Counted from the stretch's first letter, positions 27,346-38,722 are shown. The stretch: DNA of 64,000 nt from an uncultured Halanaerobiales bacterium (GCA_964430875.1 CAYSHP010000001.1:22005-86004), one strand, 5' to 3'. The notes: generated by a model from the letters alone, not told the origin. Numbers and translations are program-made.

Positions 27346-29316
27346 GTGCTGAAAGAAGTTGCAAATATAGTGAGAGGTTTGTCTGTTGATGCAGTCGAGA
27401 AAGCAAATTCAGGACACCCCGGTATGCCGGCAGGTTGTGCTGAAATAGGATCATTATTGTATGGTGAAGTATTAAAACACGATCCTTCAAGTCCGAATTG
27501 GCCTGATAGGGATCGTTTTGTTTTGTCAGCGGGACATGGTTCTATGCTTTTATATTCATTATTACATTTAAGTGGTTATGATCTAAGTTTAGATGAACTA
27601 AAGAATTTTAGACAGTTAGGTTCCAAAACGCCCGGACATCCTGAATATTCAGAAACTGTGGGGGTTGAAACAACTACAGGGCCTCTAGGACAAGGTATTG
27701 CTAATGCAGTGGGGATGGCAATAGCAGAAAGACATTTAGCATCTAAATTTAATAAAGATGATTTAGAGATTGTAGATCATTATACTTATACTATTATGGG
27801 TGATGGCTGTATGATGGAAGGAATAAGTTCAGAAGCAGCCTCTTTAGCAGGACACCTAGGGTTAGGCAAATTAATTGCTATTTATGATGATAACAATATA
27901 TCTATAGAAGGTTCAACTGATATTACATTTACTGAATCAGTACCGGAAAGATTTAAAGCATATAATTGGCAAGTTATAGAAGATGTAAATGGACATGATA
28001 TTAATGATATGAGAAAAGCTTTAATGAAAGCAAAAGCCGAACCGACCAAACCTTCCCTTATAGTTGCAAAAACACATATTGCTTATGGTGCTCCTAATAA
28101 ACAAGACACTGCAGGTGCACATGGTGCCCCATTAGGTGAAGAGGAAATAGAGGGCTTGAAGAAACATTTTGGTTTGCCTACAGACAAAAAGTTTTATATA
28201 TCTGATAATGTTAAAGAATATTTTAAGGAAAGAAAAAAGCTTTTAAAAGAAAGAAAAGAAGAATGGGATCATGAGTTTGCCAAATGGAAAGAAAAATATC
28301 CTGATCTTTATGAAAAATGGGCAAAAGCATATAATTTAGAAGTAGAAGATGAGCTAATAAAAGAAGTGAGAGATTTAGATATTGATACTCCTATAGCAAC
28401 CCGTAAAGCTTCCGGTGCAACCTTAAGAACAATTGCAGATAAATTAGATTATCTTGTTGGTGGCTCTGCTGATTTAGCTCCTTCTAATAAAACATTTTTA
28501 GATAAATATGAAGAGTTTCAGCGCAATGAACATGGTGGACGTAATTTCCGATTTGGAGTAAGAGAACATGCTATGGGTGGTATTGTAAATGGCATGGCAC
28601 TCCATAAAGGAATTAGACCATTTGCTGCTACTTTCCTTGTTTTCTCTGATTATATGAGGCCTGCTATTAGATTAGCAGCTTTAATGAAACAACCGGTAAT
28701 TTATGTCTTTACCCATGACTCCATATATATTGGTGAAGATGGACCTACTCACCAACCGGTAGAACAGTTAGAGGCTTTAAGGACGATTCCAAATCTAAAA
28801 GTATATAGGCCAGCTGATGCTGAGGAAACTAAAGAAGCTTGGCTTGCTGCTGTAAATAGAACAGAAGGGCCGACAGCTTTAGTATTAACTAGACAAGGTT
28901 TACCCAAGATTAATAAAGAAACTGGTATTAGTGGTTTTCAAAAAGGCGGCTATGTAGTAAGAGAAGGAAAAAATAATTATAGATTTACCTTTATAGCTAG
29001 TGGTAGTGAGGTTTCACTAGCAGTAGAGATTGCCGATAAATTAAAAGATAAAGATATAGAAAGTAGAGTCGTTTCAGTACCGGAAAGAAGTATTTTAGAA
29101 TCTCAAGATAATTCTTATATTAAAAAATTAATGGGTAATCCAAAAGATAAAAAAGTTGTTATTGAAGCCGGAGTTGATAATGGTTGGTATAAATTATTAG
29201 ATCAAAAAGATATTGTTATAAGCCAAAATGAATTTGGAGCCAGTGCTCCTGGCAATGAAGTGGCAGAGCACTTTGGTTTTGAGGTAGATGAAATAATAGC
29301 AAAATTACTTGATTAA
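27346..29316 (+). CDS. tkt: transketolase
   Basis: [13 protein letters not shown] thiamine-diphosphate motif, EDGPTHQP. Confidence 0.96.
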   Translation: MLKEVANIVRGLSVDAVEKANSGHPGMPAGCAEIGSLLYGEVLKHDPSSPNWPDRDRFVLSAGHGSMLLYSLLHLSGYDLSLDELKNFRQLGSKTPGHPEYSETVGVETTTGPLGQGIANAVGMAIAERHLASKFNKDDLEIVDHYTYTIMGDGCMMEGISSEAASLAGHLGLGKLIAIYDDNNISIEGSTDITFTESVPERFKAYNWQVIEDVNGHDINDMRKALMKAKAEPTKPSLIVAKTHIAYGAPNKQDTAGAHGAPLGEEEIEGLKKHFGLPTDKKFYISDNVKEYFKERKKLLKERKEEWDHEFAKWKEKYPDLYEKWAKAYNLEVEDELIKEVRDLDIDTPIATRKASGATLRTIADKLDYLVGGSADLAPSNKTFLDKYEEFQRNEHGGRNFRFGVREHAMGGIVNGMALHKGIRPFAATFLVFSDYMRPAIRLAALMKQPVIYVFTHDSIYIGEDGPTHQPVEQLEALRTIPNLKVYRPADAEETKEAWLAAVNRTEGPTALVLTRQGLPKINKETGISGFQKGGYVVREGKNNYRFTFIASGSEVSLAVEIADKLKDKDIESRVVSVPERSILESQDNSYIKKLMGNPKDKKVVIEAGVDNGWYKLLDQKDIVISQNEFGASAPGNEVAEHFGFEVDEIIAKLLD

Positions 29317-29321
29317 GTAAG

Positions 29322-30608
29322 GTGAAAGATATGAACTATTTATCAAGCTTAAAAGATATAGCAAACGATACTCAAATTTATATAGTTGGCGGTACAATCA
29401 GAGATTATTTGCTAAATAGAGAAATCAAAGATATTGATTTATTAGTTATGTCTGATTTAGAAAGAATTGTTAATAAATTTAGTCAGTTAATTAAACGCAA
29501 AAAAATTGTATTAGATAAAAAACGCAATATATATAGAATAGTAACTGAAGATAACAAGTTTATTGACTTTACTAACCCTGTAGGTCAAGATCTTTATCAA
29601 GATCTTGGCTGCAGGGATTTTACTATTAATTCTATGGCACTTGCTTTAGATAATTTAAGTTATAAAAATGATAATATTTTTATTAAAAAAGAAAATATTA
29701 TTGATCCTTTTAAAGGAGTTAAAGATTTAGAAAATAAAAGAATAAGGATGGTAAGCAGTAATTTTATAGATGAGGACCCCATAAGAATACTACGGGCCTT
29801 TCGTTTTTCTAATAATTTAAACTTTGAGATTGCGGAAGATACTTACCAGTTAATTGCGGAAAACAAAAAAATATTATCAAATATTAGTGGGGAAAGAATA
29901 AAAGATGAGATTTTTAAAATGTTTTCTAAATATTTAAAACCTGAAAAATTTAAATTACTTTTAAAGAGCAATTTAGTTAAAGTAATATTTAGTATTGATT
30001 TCAAAAATAATATAGATGTACATAATAAATTACTTAAACAGATATCTTTTGTAAAAAAAGAAGAGTATTTAAGTAAAATAGAAATGGATAATTACATATT
30101 TAATTTAATATTATTTTTCATGAGGCCTGTGTATCATGGATTTATTTCTATTGAGGTTTTAAAAAAATATTTATTATCTTATACTTTCAATAAAAAAGCA
30201 GTCAATGTAATCGGTGATTATCTATATTCATTAAATTATTTATTAAAAAACTATAATATTTTAACAAATAATGATATATTGATTTATGAAGAATTATTCT
30301 TTAAAGAGACAGAGGTCGAAACCTTAAAGTATTTACTATTAAGCTTTTTTTATACTGAGCATGAAAGCCAACAACAAGAAATAATTTTAGAAACATTAGA
30401 TAAGTTAAAAATAATAAAAGAGAGGCTTTCCTATCAGTTTATAGATGGAAATGATGTGAAAAATATTATGAATATAAAAGAAGGAGAATTGATAGGGGAT
30501 ATTTTAGCTGAGTTGAAGAAAAAGCAAGCCCTAGGATTTTTTGATAATCGAAAAGATGTTATAAAATATTTGCAAAAATATGCTAAAAGATATAATAATG
30601 ACCAATAA
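29322..30608 (+). CDS. CCA-adding enzyme / poly(A) polymerase-family tRNA nucleotidyltransferase
   Basis: GGTIRD..x..DIDLLV, RDFTINSMA, EDPIRILRAFRF motifs. ATG 29331 after AAGGTGAAAG is a plausible true start. Confidence 0.8.
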   Translation: MKDMNYLSSLKDIANDTQIYIVGGTIRDYLLNREIKDIDLLVMSDLERIVNKFSQLIKRKKIVLDKKRNIYRIVTEDNKFIDFTNPVGQDLYQDLGCRDFTINSMALALDNLSYKNDNIFIKKENIIDPFKGVKDLENKRIRMVSSNFIDEDPIRILRAFRFSNNLNFEIAEDTYQLIAENKKILSNISGERIKDEIFKMFSKYLKPEKFKLLLKSNLVKVIFSIDFKNNIDVHNKLLKQISFVKKEEYLSKIEMDNYIFNLILFFMRPVYHGFISIEVLKKYLLSYTFNKKAVNVIGDYLYSLNYLLKNYNILTNNDILIYEELFFKETEVETLKYLLLSFFYTEHESQQQEIILETLDKLKIIKERLSYQFIDGNDVKNIMNIKEGELIGDILAELKKKQALGFFDNRKDVIKYLQKYAKRYNNDQ

Positions 30609-31017
30609 GAGCTATTACTACTCCTAATAATACTCCTGCGAAAACTTCTAAAGGAGTGTGTCCAATTAGTTCTTTTAAATCTTCTTTTAATAATTCGGGA
30701 TCTCTTTCAATATTTTTTACATTAAGGTGTTTGATTAATTTATTTAACACATTAGCTTGTTCACCGACGGCTCTTCTAACTCCGCTTGCATCATAAGTTA
30801 CAATTAAAGAAAAGATCAAGACAATAGCAAAGAGGTCTGAGTCAAATCCATACTTTAAACCAATTAAGGTAGATAAGGCTGCTACAAAAGAGGAATGAGA
30901 GCTAGGGAAACCTCCTGAGCCAATAATATTGGTAAAAGAATAAGGTTTAATAGTAAATATTTTTAAAAATTGAGCTATAAATAATGAAAGTAATGAAAAA
31001 AATAATATTTTATTCAA
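30583..31017 (-). CDS. divergent PAP2-family (DUF212, YuiD-like) membrane protein
   Basis: 144 aa, GGFPSSHS and YDASGVRR motifs. Convergent 26-nt overlap with the preceding gene. Confidence 0.8.
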   Translation of the reverse strand: MNKILFFSLLSLFIAQFLKIFTIKPYSFTNIIGSGGFPSSHSSFVAALSTLIGLKYGFDSDLFAIVLIFSLIVTYDASGVRRAVGEQANVLNKLIKHLNVKNIERDPELLKEDLKELIGHTPLEVFAGVLLGVVIALIGHYYIF

Positions 31018-31113
31018 TGATTTCCCCCCTTTTTGTTTATAGTTTATTTTATAATAAACAGGTACAATGCTTCAAGTTTTTTTGAATAGTATTTGTTAAA
31101 GAGGGATGGTAAA

Positions 31114-32460
31114 ATGAATCCATATAAATTTCTATTACAATTTAAAAAATATGGTAAAAAAGGTGGTTTTAATCCAGGTTTAAAAAGAGTAAATAAACTG
31201 CTTTCTTATTTGGGTAATCCCCAAGATAAGGTTGACTATATACATATAGGAGGATCAAATGGTAAGGGCTCTACAGCTGCTTTATTAACTAGTATTTTAA
31301 GAGAAAACGGTTATAAAGTAGGGACCTATATATCACCACCCTTAATTCATTTTAATGAAAGATTTAAGGTAGATAATTTAGCAATAAATACTCATGAATT
31401 AAAAGGGATTGTAAATCAGTTAAAAGATATTTTCGAGGATTCTGATAAGGATATTAAATTAGAGGATCCTAGTTTTTTTGAAATAATAACTGTGATAGCC
31501 TTTCAATATTTTTATGAAAAAAACATTGATATTGGTATACTAGAAGTTGGTTTAGGGGGAAGATTAGATGCCACTAATGCCATAAAGAGTTCTTTGTTAA
31601 GTATTATTACCAATATTAGTTATGAACATGCTGATATTTTAGGTCCTGAAATTAAAGATATAGCTTTTGAAAAAGCAGGTATTATTAAAAGCAAGGTACC
31701 TATAATTACTGGGGCTGATAACGAAGAAGCCCTATCAGTTTTTAGAGAGAAATCTTCTCAAAAAAAGTCAAGACTTATTATTTTAGAAGACGAAGTAAAA
31801 TATGAAATTAAAAATAAAAATCTTGATTTTCAAACTTTTAATCTGCAATATGATGATAAATCTTTTAAAAATTTAAAATTAAATATTCTAGGGGATCATC
31901 AAATTACTAATGCTGCATTATCTATACGAGCTTTAGATTTATTACCTGAGCAATATAATATAAAAAAGGAATCTATTTATAATGGTTTAGCCAATTGCGA
32001 ATGGCCAGGTAGATTAGAGGTTATGCAAAGAAATCCTGATATTATTTTAGATGGTGCTCATAATGTGGATGGAATAAAAAGACTTGTTGAATTTTTAGAT
32101 GAATATATTGAAGAGGATAAAAAAGTATACTTTCTAATTAGTATATTAAAAGATAAAGATTATAAAGAAATGCTTAAATTAATAAAGAGTTTAAAACATG
32201 AAAAGGATTTTGTAATTACTAGAAATCAAAATGAGAGGTCCCTACCTCAAATTACTATAAAAAATTATGCTGAAAAACTAGACATAAAAAACGATATGTA
32301 TGATAATATTTATGAGGCAGTAAAAAGCACTTATAAAAAACTGCAAAAAGGCGATATCTTTTGCATTACAGGTTCTTTATATACAGTTGCCGAAGCAAGA
32401 TTTTATACTTATTTGTTAAAAGAGGGAGGTTTACAAGATGGCAAAAAAGAAAAAATCTAA
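31114..32460 (+). CDS. folC: bifunctional folylpolyglutamate synthase / dihydrofolate synthase
   Basis: Mur-ligase family: HIGGSNGKGST P-loop, DGAHN. ATG 31114 after GAGGGATGG is preferred over the listed TTG 31093. Confidence 0.9.
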   Translation: MNPYKFLLQFKKYGKKGGFNPGLKRVNKLLSYLGNPQDKVDYIHIGGSNGKGSTAALLTSILRENGYKVGTYISPPLIHFNERFKVDNLAINTHELKGIVNQLKDIFEDSDKDIKLEDPSFFEIITVIAFQYFYEKNIDIGILEVGLGGRLDATNAIKSSLLSIITNISYEHADILGPEIKDIAFEKAGIIKSKVPIITGADNEEALSVFREKSSQKKSRLIILEDEVKYEIKNKNLDFQTFNLQYDDKSFKNLKLNILGDHQITNAALSIRALDLLPEQYNIKKESIYNGLANCEWPGRLEVMQRNPDIILDGAHNVDGIKRLVEFLDEYIEEDKKVYFLISILKDKDYKEMLKLIKSLKHEKDFVITRNQNERSLPQITIKNYAEKLDIKNDMYDNIYEAVKSTYKKLQKGDIFCITGSLYTVAEARFYTYLLKEGGLQDGKKEKI

Positions 32461-32953
32461 TAGGTCTTTAACACTTGTAATAATAGTTATGGCAATAATA
32501 TGTGTGTTTGTAGGGTATTTAGTTGGACTTAATTTATTTAGATGGATGAAAGGCGGTACTGACCAAGCTGCACAGACTGAAAATAATACACAAGAACAAG
32601 TTCAACAACAAGAGGATACTAATGATATTTCTCAATCTATAGAAGAGTCTGAAACTGAATCAGAACAAACCCAAACAGCTGTCGAAGAAAATACAACAGA
32701 AACACAAGAGACCAATCAAGTTACTTCCCCAGAAGAAAATCAGAACGTATTTAAAATACAAGTTGGGGCTTTTTCTCAAAAGGCAAATGCAGAAAGTTTT
32801 AAAAAGGAACTTGAAGACAAAGGATATGATGTTATAATAAAAGAGGCTTCGACCTTTAAAGTGAGAGTTTTAGGTAAACAGACCAGAGAGGAAACTGAAA
32901 AAATTGAAGAACAATTAATTGAATTAGGATATGACACTTTTATTGTAAAATAA
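32438..32953 (+). CDS. SPOR domain-containing membrane-anchored protein
   Basis: N-terminal TM, acidic Q/E/T-rich linker, C-terminal SPOR fold (FKIQVGAFSQKANAESFKKELEDKGY). Confidence 0.8.
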   Translation: MAKKKKSNRSLTLVIIVMAIICVFVGYLVGLNLFRWMKGGTDQAAQTENNTQEQVQQQEDTNDISQSIEESETESEQTQTAVEENTTETQETNQVTSPEENQNVFKIQVGAFSQKANAESFKKELEDKGYDVIIKEASTFKVRVLGKQTREETEKIEEQLIELGYDTFIVK

Positions 32954-33033
32954 TTTGCAGATTGACCGTACATATTATAGAATTAACATAGTTGTTTATT
33001 TTAAAAGAATATATAAAAATTAGAGGTGAAAAA

Positions 33034-34359
33034 ATGAGTGTACTTACATTCAAACAGGGGATTCATCCTGAATATCATAAAGAATTAACAAAAGAAAAAC
33101 CTTTAAGGGATGCAAAAAGGCCCCAAGAGGTAGTAATACCTCTTCAACAACATATTGGTGCACCTTTAGAACCTTTAGTAAAAAAGGGTGACCATGTAAA
33201 AAGGGGACAAAAGATTGGAGATGCAGATGGTTTTGTATCTGCACCTGTGCATGCTTCTGTTTCAGGTGAAGTTAAAGCTATCGAAAATGTTCGCACACCT
33301 TCCGGACAAAAGACTTTATCAATAATAATTGAAGCTGATGAAGAAGATGAAGTTGATGAATCATTAAAACCAGATAAAGCAGTTGAAGATTTAACGCCGG
33401 AAGAGATTAGAAGTATTGTAAGGGAAGCTGGTATAGTAGGTTTGGGAGGAGCAATGTTTCCTACCCATGTTAAATTATCAGTGCCTGAAGATAAAGAGGT
33501 GGAATATTTCATATTAAATGGTATTGAATGTGAACCTTTTTTAAATGTAGATAATCGAATGATGATCGAACGCTCATCTGATGTGGTAGAAGGTATGAAA
33601 CTGATGATGAAGGCAGCGGGAGTTAAAAAAGGTTTTATTGGTATTGAAGATAATAAACCAAGAGCCATTTCAAATATGAAAAAAGCAGTAGAAGATGAAG
33701 CTAATTTAGAAATTAAAGTATTTGAAACCAAGTATCCGCAGGGTGGAGAAAAAATGCTTATCAAAGCTGCCCTGGGAAGAGAAGTTCCGGCCGGTGGATT
33801 ACCTTTAGATGTAGGATGTATTGTAAATAATATCTCTACAGCTGTGGCCGTATTAGAAGCAGTCACAGAGGGTAAACCTTTAATAGAGAGAACCATTACT
33901 ATTACCGGGGAAGGGATAATGGAACCTTGTAATCTTTACTACCGGTTAGGTACAAGGATTAAAGATTTAATAGAAGAAGCTGGGGGTTATGATGGAGACC
34001 CTGGAAAAATTATTTTAGGAGGACCTATGACCGGTTCAGCTCAGCATTCTACGGCTGTCCCAACTGTTAAAGGAACTTCAGGAATTATTGTTTTACATAA
34101 AGAAAGTGTAGCTAAGTTTGATCCGAAGCCATGTATTAAATGTGCAAGATGTGTGGATTCATGTCCGATGTCATTGTTACCATTAAAATTATCAGACCTA
34201 TCACAATATGAACGTTATGATGAATTAGATGAATATGATGTGCAAAGTTGTATTGAATGTGGCTCCTGTTCATATATATGTCCAGCTGATAGACCATTAT
34301 TAGATTATATTAGGATAGGTAAAATGGAAGACATGAAATTGAAAAAATCATCACAGTAA
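33034..34359 (+). CDS. rnfC: Rnf electron-transport complex subunit C
   Basis: ATG 33034 after GAGGTG. GLGGAMFPT NADH/FMN region and two CxxCxxCxxxCP ferredoxin motifs. Confidence 0.94.
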   Translation: MSVLTFKQGIHPEYHKELTKEKPLRDAKRPQEVVIPLQQHIGAPLEPLVKKGDHVKRGQKIGDADGFVSAPVHASVSGEVKAIENVRTPSGQKTLSIIIEADEEDEVDESLKPDKAVEDLTPEEIRSIVREAGIVGLGGAMFPTHVKLSVPEDKEVEYFILNGIECEPFLNVDNRMMIERSSDVVEGMKLMMKAAGVKKGFIGIEDNKPRAISNMKKAVEDEANLEIKVFETKYPQGGEKMLIKAALGREVPAGGLPLDVGCIVNNISTAVAVLEAVTEGKPLIERTITITGEGIMEPCNLYYRLGTRIKDLIEEAGGYDGDPGKIILGGPMTGSAQHSTAVPTVKGTSGIIVLHKESVAKFDPKPCIKCARCVDSCPMSLLPLKLSDLSQYERYDELDEYDVQSCIECGSCSYICPADRPLLDYIRIGKMEDMKLKKSSQ

Positions 34360-34370
34360 GGGGGATAGTT

Positions 34371-35279
34371 ATGAATAACGAACAACTGCTTGTTACACCA
34401 AATCCACATATAAAAGATTCAACTTCGGTTGAAGAAATAATGTGGACAGTTGTATATGCTCTTATTCCTGCTGTTTTAGCTGCTACATACTTTTTTGGCT
34501 TCAGAGCTTTATTAGTTGTAGCTGTTAGTGTAATAGGAGCAGTATTGACTGAATATACATTTTTAAAAATTAGAAATAAAGAAATTGTAATAAATGATGG
34601 AAGTGCAGTTTTAACTGGTTTACTTTTAGCTTTAACATTACCGCCTTCTATTCCTTTGTGGACAGCCTTTTTAGGTAGTGTGGTTGGTATAGGTTTAGGA
34701 AAACAAGTCTTTGGGGGATTAGGATATAATGTGTTTAATCCCGCTTTAATTGGAAGGGCTTTTTTAACGGCCTCTTATCCAGTTCTAATGACTACTTGGA
34801 CTGTAGATGGTACTTCGACTGCTACTCCTTTAAGTCAAATTTCTGGAGGCGAATTAGTAAGAGTATGGAATCTATTTATTGGTAATACAGGAGGTTCTTT
34901 AGGAGAGACTTCTGCTTTAGCCTTATTATTGGGGGCTGCTTATTTAATTTATAAAGGTTACATAAACTGGCGTATACCAACTGGTATGATTTCTACTGTT
35001 ATAATAGTCACATTTTTAGCAGGAGCAAATCCAGTAGTACATCTTTTTGCTGGTAGTTTAATTTTAGGAGCTTTTTATATGGCAACAGATATGGTTACTT
35101 CACCTGTTACAAAAAAAGCAAGGTGGGTTTTTGGTATTGGAGCCGGCCTGCTTGTAGCAATTATTAGATTATGGGGTGGTTATCCAGAAGGTGTAATGTA
35201 TTCCATATTATTTATGAATACCACTGTTCCCTTACTGGATAGATATTTAAAACCAAAGACATTGGGAGTGGTGAAGTAA
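34371..35279 (+). CDS. rnfD: Rnf complex subunit D
   Basis: NqrB/RnfD polytopic protein; putative flavinylation region DGTSTATPL. Confidence 0.93.
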   Translation: MNNEQLLVTPNPHIKDSTSVEEIMWTVVYALIPAVLAATYFFGFRALLVVAVSVIGAVLTEYTFLKIRNKEIVINDGSAVLTGLLLALTLPPSIPLWTAFLGSVVGIGLGKQVFGGLGYNVFNPALIGRAFLTASYPVLMTTWTVDGTSTATPLSQISGGELVRVWNLFIGNTGGSLGETSALALLLGAAYLIYKGYINWRIPTGMISTVIIVTFLAGANPVVHLFAGSLILGAFYMATDMVTSPVTKKARWVFGIGAGLLVAIIRLWGGYPEGVMYSILFMNTTVPLLDRYLKPKTLGVVK

Positions 35280-35836
35280 TGGATACTAAAATTAGTAAAT
35301 TAGTACTTACTTTAACTGTTATTGGTATTATTTCAGCTGTAGCTTTATCTTTTGTTTACCAATGGACAAACCCCTATATACAAAAACATCAGGCTGAAGC
35401 AAGACAGCAAGCTATTAGATCTGTAGTTCCGCAAGCTGAAGAATTTGAAGAAGTTGAAAAAAAGGGCCAAACTTTCTATGAGGGATATGATGAAGTCGGT
35501 AATCGAGTTGGGGTTGCTATGATAGCATCTGGACCTGGTTATCAAAATGTTATTGAACTAATGGTCGGAGTAAATATTAATGAAGAAAAAATATATGGAA
35601 TTAAAATTCTCAGTCATGAAGAGACTCCTGGTTTAGGAGCCAGAATTACAGGCCAAGAATATAAGAGTAACTTTGAAGATAAACCTTTTGGAGATTATAC
35701 AGTAGTAAAAAGAGCACCACAAACAGAATTAGAAGTAGAAGCAATTGCTGGTGCAACGATATCGTCAACTAGTGTAACAAAAATTGTCGAAAGTGCTGTT
35801 AAACAAATCCAAAATGCTTATGGAGGTGGGGCTTAA
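35279..35836 (+). CDS. rnfG: Rnf complex subunit G
   Basis: N-terminal TM plus FMN-binding domain, with the GATISS flavinylation motif. Confidence 0.92.
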   Translation: MDTKISKLVLTLTVIGIISAVALSFVYQWTNPYIQKHQAEARQQAIRSVVPQAEEFEEVEKKGQTFYEGYDEVGNRVGVAMIASGPGYQNVIELMVGVNINEEKIYGIKILSHEETPGLGARITGQEYKSNFEDKPFGDYTVVKRAPQTELEVEAIAGATISSTSVTKIVESAVKQIQNAYGGGA

Positions 35837-36435
35837 TGCTGAAAAGATTATTTAAAGATTTTAAAAATGGTCTTTGGAGAGAAAACCCAATTATAGTATT
35901 AGTAATCGGAATGTGTCCCACTTTAGCGGTTACAAATACAGTGCAAAATGGTCTGGCAATGGGGATAGCCACATCTTTTGTATTATTATCATCTGAGATT
36001 GTAATTTCACTTTTTAAAAAGTACATACCTAACAATGTTAGAATCCCTAGTTTTATTTTAATAATTGCAACTTTTGTTACGTTTACTGATTATTTCCTTA
36101 AAGCATTTTTTCCTGATATTGCAGCTTCTTTAAGTTTATTTATTCCTTTAATTGTGGTTAACTGTCTAATATTAGGAAGACAAGAAGCGTTTGCTTCTAA
36201 AAATCCAACTCATCGTGCAATTGCAGATGCCCTTGGTATGGGATTAGGATTTACCTGGGTTTTAGTAGTATTAAGTGCTATGAGAGAGTTTTTTGGCATG
36301 GGCTCAATTTTTGGAATACAGATTCTTGGAAGTTGGTATCCATCTATGGTAATTATGATTCTACCAGCCGGTGCATTTATCAGTTTAGGTATCTTAGTGG
36401 GAATTATGAATGCAATTAAAAGGAGGGGTAATTAA
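35836..36435 (+). CDS. rnfE: Rnf complex subunit E
   Basis: NqrD/RnfE family, ENPI..LV.GMCP motif. Confidence 0.93.
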   Translation: MLKRLFKDFKNGLWRENPIIVLVIGMCPTLAVTNTVQNGLAMGIATSFVLLSSEIVISLFKKYIPNNVRIPSFILIIATFVTFTDYFLKAFFPDIAASLSLFIPLIVVNCLILGRQEAFASKNPTHRAIADALGMGLGFTWVLVVLSAMREFFGMGSIFGIQILGSWYPSMVIMILPAGAFISLGILVGIMNAIKRRGN

Positions 36436-37025
36436 TGGAAGAGTTGAGAGTTGTAGTACTTGTTTTTATTAGTACTGTTTTAATCAATAACTTTATTTTA
36501 GTTAAGTTTTTAGGAATCTGCCCCTTTTTAGGAGTTTCTAAACAGGTAGAGACTGCTTTTAGTATGGGTATGGCAACTACTTTTGTTATGACCTTAACAG
36601 CAGCAGCCACTTGGTTAATTAATACATATATACTGGAAGCTTTTAACCTACCTTTTTTAAGATATGTTTCTTTTATCATAGTTATTGCTTCCCTAGTTCA
36701 GTTTGTTGAGATGTTTATTAGGAAATCAAGTCCTGTTTTATATAAAGCACTTGGAATATTTTTACCACTGATTACGACTAATTGTGCTATTTTAGGACTT
36801 GCACTTTTGATTCCTTTAAATGGCTATAACTTTATTACAAGTGTGGTATTTGGTTTAGGTGCAGGTATTGGTTTTACATTAGCAATAGTTTTAATGGCAG
36901 GTTTAAGAGAAAGATTAGAATTTGGTGATGTGCCAGAAACACTACAGGGTGTGCCCATTACTTTAATATTAGCCGGTCTAATGGCTATGGCATTTATGGG
37001 TTTTTCAGGATTAATTTCAATCTAA
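36435..37025 (+). CDS. rnfA: Rnf complex subunit A
   Basis: NqrE/RnfA family, LGICPFLG motif. Confidence 0.93.
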   Translation: MEELRVVVLVFISTVLINNFILVKFLGICPFLGVSKQVETAFSMGMATTFVMTLTAAATWLINTYILEAFNLPFLRYVSFIIVIASLVQFVEMFIRKSSPVLYKALGIFLPLITTNCAILGLALLIPLNGYNFITSVVFGLGAGIGFTLAIVLMAGLRERLEFGDVPETLQGVPITLILAGLMAMAFMGFSGLISI

Positions 37026-37049
37026 TTGATACTTGTTGGAGGTGACAAA

Positions 37050-38060
37050 GTGGATCCTGTCTATTTATATTCAGTATTGAGCATGGGTGGTATTGGAGCA
37101 GTGTTAGCTTTAGGTTTAGGTATTGCTTCAAGAAAGTTCCATGTAGAAGTTGATGAAAGAATTGAAGAAGTAGAAGAGGTTTTACCGGGGGCTAACTGTG
37201 GTGCTTGTGGTTATGCAGGTTGTGCTAGTTTTGCAGAAGCAGTTGTTGAAGGAGAAGCTGAAATTAACGGCTGTCCGGTTGGTGGAGAAGTTGTTGCAGA
37301 AAAAATTTCAGAAATTCTGGGAGTGGAAGGACAAAGTACTAATGAAACCGTCAAGGCGCAATTATTATGTGGTGGTGGTATTAAGGAGACCAAGAAACTC
37401 TCTGAATATGAAGGTATAAAAACCTGCAAAGCAGCTGAATCTATTAATGGAGGTACAAAAAGCTGTCAATATGCCTGTCTAGGTTTTGGAGACTGTGCAG
37501 CAGTTTGTCCGGTTGATGCAATAACAATAAGTGATAATGGTCTACCGGTTATAGATAAAGAAACTTGTATTGGTTGTGGAAAATGTGTAGAAGCATGTCC
37601 GAAAAACATAATTACAATGGCTCCTGAAGATAAATTAAATCATATAAGATGTTCCTCACATGAGCCTGGTAAAGTAGTTTCAAAAATATGTGAAGTGGGC
37701 TGTATAGGTTGTTCTCTTTGTGCTAAAGCCTGTCCTGTAGATGCAATTACCATGGAAGATAACTTAGCAGTTATTGATTATGATAAGTGTATCAACTGTG
37801 GCATATGTTCTGAAAAATGTCCTACTGGTACCATTGAATTTAATGGTAGGTTAATAGAGAAAGTAGTAATTACAGAAGATTGTGTTGGTTGTACAAGATG
37901 TGCAAAAGCTTGTCCAGTAGAGGCTATTGAAGGAGAACTTAAAGAAGTACATGAAATTGATCAGGATAAATGTGTACAATGTGGTTTATGTGCAGAAGTT
38001 TGTAAAGTTGATGGAGCTATTAATGTTATCTATAAGGATGAAGTTGAAAAAGAAAATTAA
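37050..38060 (+). CDS. rnfB: Rnf complex subunit B, polyferredoxin form
   Basis: TM anchor, CGACGYAGC cluster, then six CxxCxxCxxxC(P/K) motifs. GTG 37050 after GGAGGTG is preferred; the listed TTG 37026 is also possible. Confidence 0.9.
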   Translation: MDPVYLYSVLSMGGIGAVLALGLGIASRKFHVEVDERIEEVEEVLPGANCGACGYAGCASFAEAVVEGEAEINGCPVGGEVVAEKISEILGVEGQSTNETVKAQLLCGGGIKETKKLSEYEGIKTCKAAESINGGTKSCQYACLGFGDCAAVCPVDAITISDNGLPVIDKETCIGCGKCVEACPKNIITMAPEDKLNHIRCSSHEPGKVVSKICEVGCIGCSLCAKACPVDAITMEDNLAVIDYDKCINCGICSEKCPTGTIEFNGRLIEKVVITEDCVGCTRCAKACPVEAIEGELKEVHEIDQDKCVQCGLCAEVCKVDGAINVIYKDEVEKEN

Positions 38061-38088
38061 ATATTAATCAAATAATAAAATGTGTTAA

Positions 38089-38119
38089 AGCCGGGCTGAA
38101 TAAGCTCGGTTTTTATTTT
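38089..38119 (+). terminator. intrinsic terminator after rnfB
   Basis: CCGGGCT (38091-38097) pairs with AGCTCGG (38103-38109); 5-nt loop, then TTTTTATTTT. Confidence 0.75.
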
Positions 38120-38149
38120 GTAAATGAAATTTTTAATTCTCCATAAAGA

Positions 38150-38178
38150 TAGACATTTTCATAAAAAAATGTTAAAAT
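38150..38178 (+). promoter_or_regulatory. sigma-70 type promoter with extended -10
   Basis: TAGACA (38150-38155), 17 nt, TAAAAT (38173-38178), preceded by TGt. Confidence 0.55.
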
Positions 38179-38204
38179 GATAACGATTAGGAGAGGGGAT
38201 TTAA

Positions 38205-38624
38205 TTGGAAAAAATCACAAGATATTTAACTGTTTATGATAAAATATTAATTATAGTAATTATTGTTATTTCCCTAATTATGATTGCTTATCCGTTTATA
38301 AGTGCTTATTTTAGTAACAATGAAGAGCAAAATTCATTTATATATATTAAGGATAGTTCAAAAGAGGTAAAAAGGATTCCTTTTTCTGAAACTTATCAAG
38401 AAGAACCTATGATCATAAAGGTTGAAGGTCCTCTTGGGACTTCTATTATTGAAGCACATAATGGACGAGTAAGGCTAAAAGAAGCACCAGAAGAAGATCC
38501 AGCTAAGATATGTGAAAAAACTGGTTGGATATCTAAGCCCGGTCCTTCTATAATTTGTGTACCTAATAAAGTTTCAATATGGATTGAACAGACTAACAGT
38601 GACCTTGATGCTGTTTCATGGTAA
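38205..38624 (+). CDS. NusG domain II-containing (DUF1312) membrane-anchored protein
   Basis: N-terminal TM; GRVRLKEAPEEDPAKICEKTGWISKPGPSIICVPNK matches the DUF1312 core. Confidence 0.7.
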   Translation: MEKITRYLTVYDKILIIVIIVISLIMIAYPFISAYFSNNEEQNSFIYIKDSSKEVKRIPFSETYQEEPMIIKVEGPLGTSIIEAHNGRVRLKEAPEEDPAKICEKTGWISKPGPSIICVPNKVSIWIEQTNSDLDAVSW

Positions 38625-38722
38625 ATTTTAATTAGTTTAGTTTAAAGGAAATCAGTTTTTTTTGTTGAAATAATTAAAATAAACCTTTAAATTTTTTATA
38701 AATTTGAAATGAGGTTTAATTA

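Noticed and set aside
33144-33896. A 250-aa ORF antisense to rnfC. Similar long antisense or alternate-frame ORFs occur at 7071-7490, 13636-13980, 17108-17590, 22021-22341, 36416-36679, 37198-37429 and 57699-58001.
   Set aside because: All lie wholly inside well-supported conserved genes and lack SD sequences. Their Ser/Leu/Phe/Ile-rich low-complexity products are typical of the antisense frames of AT-rich coding DNA.
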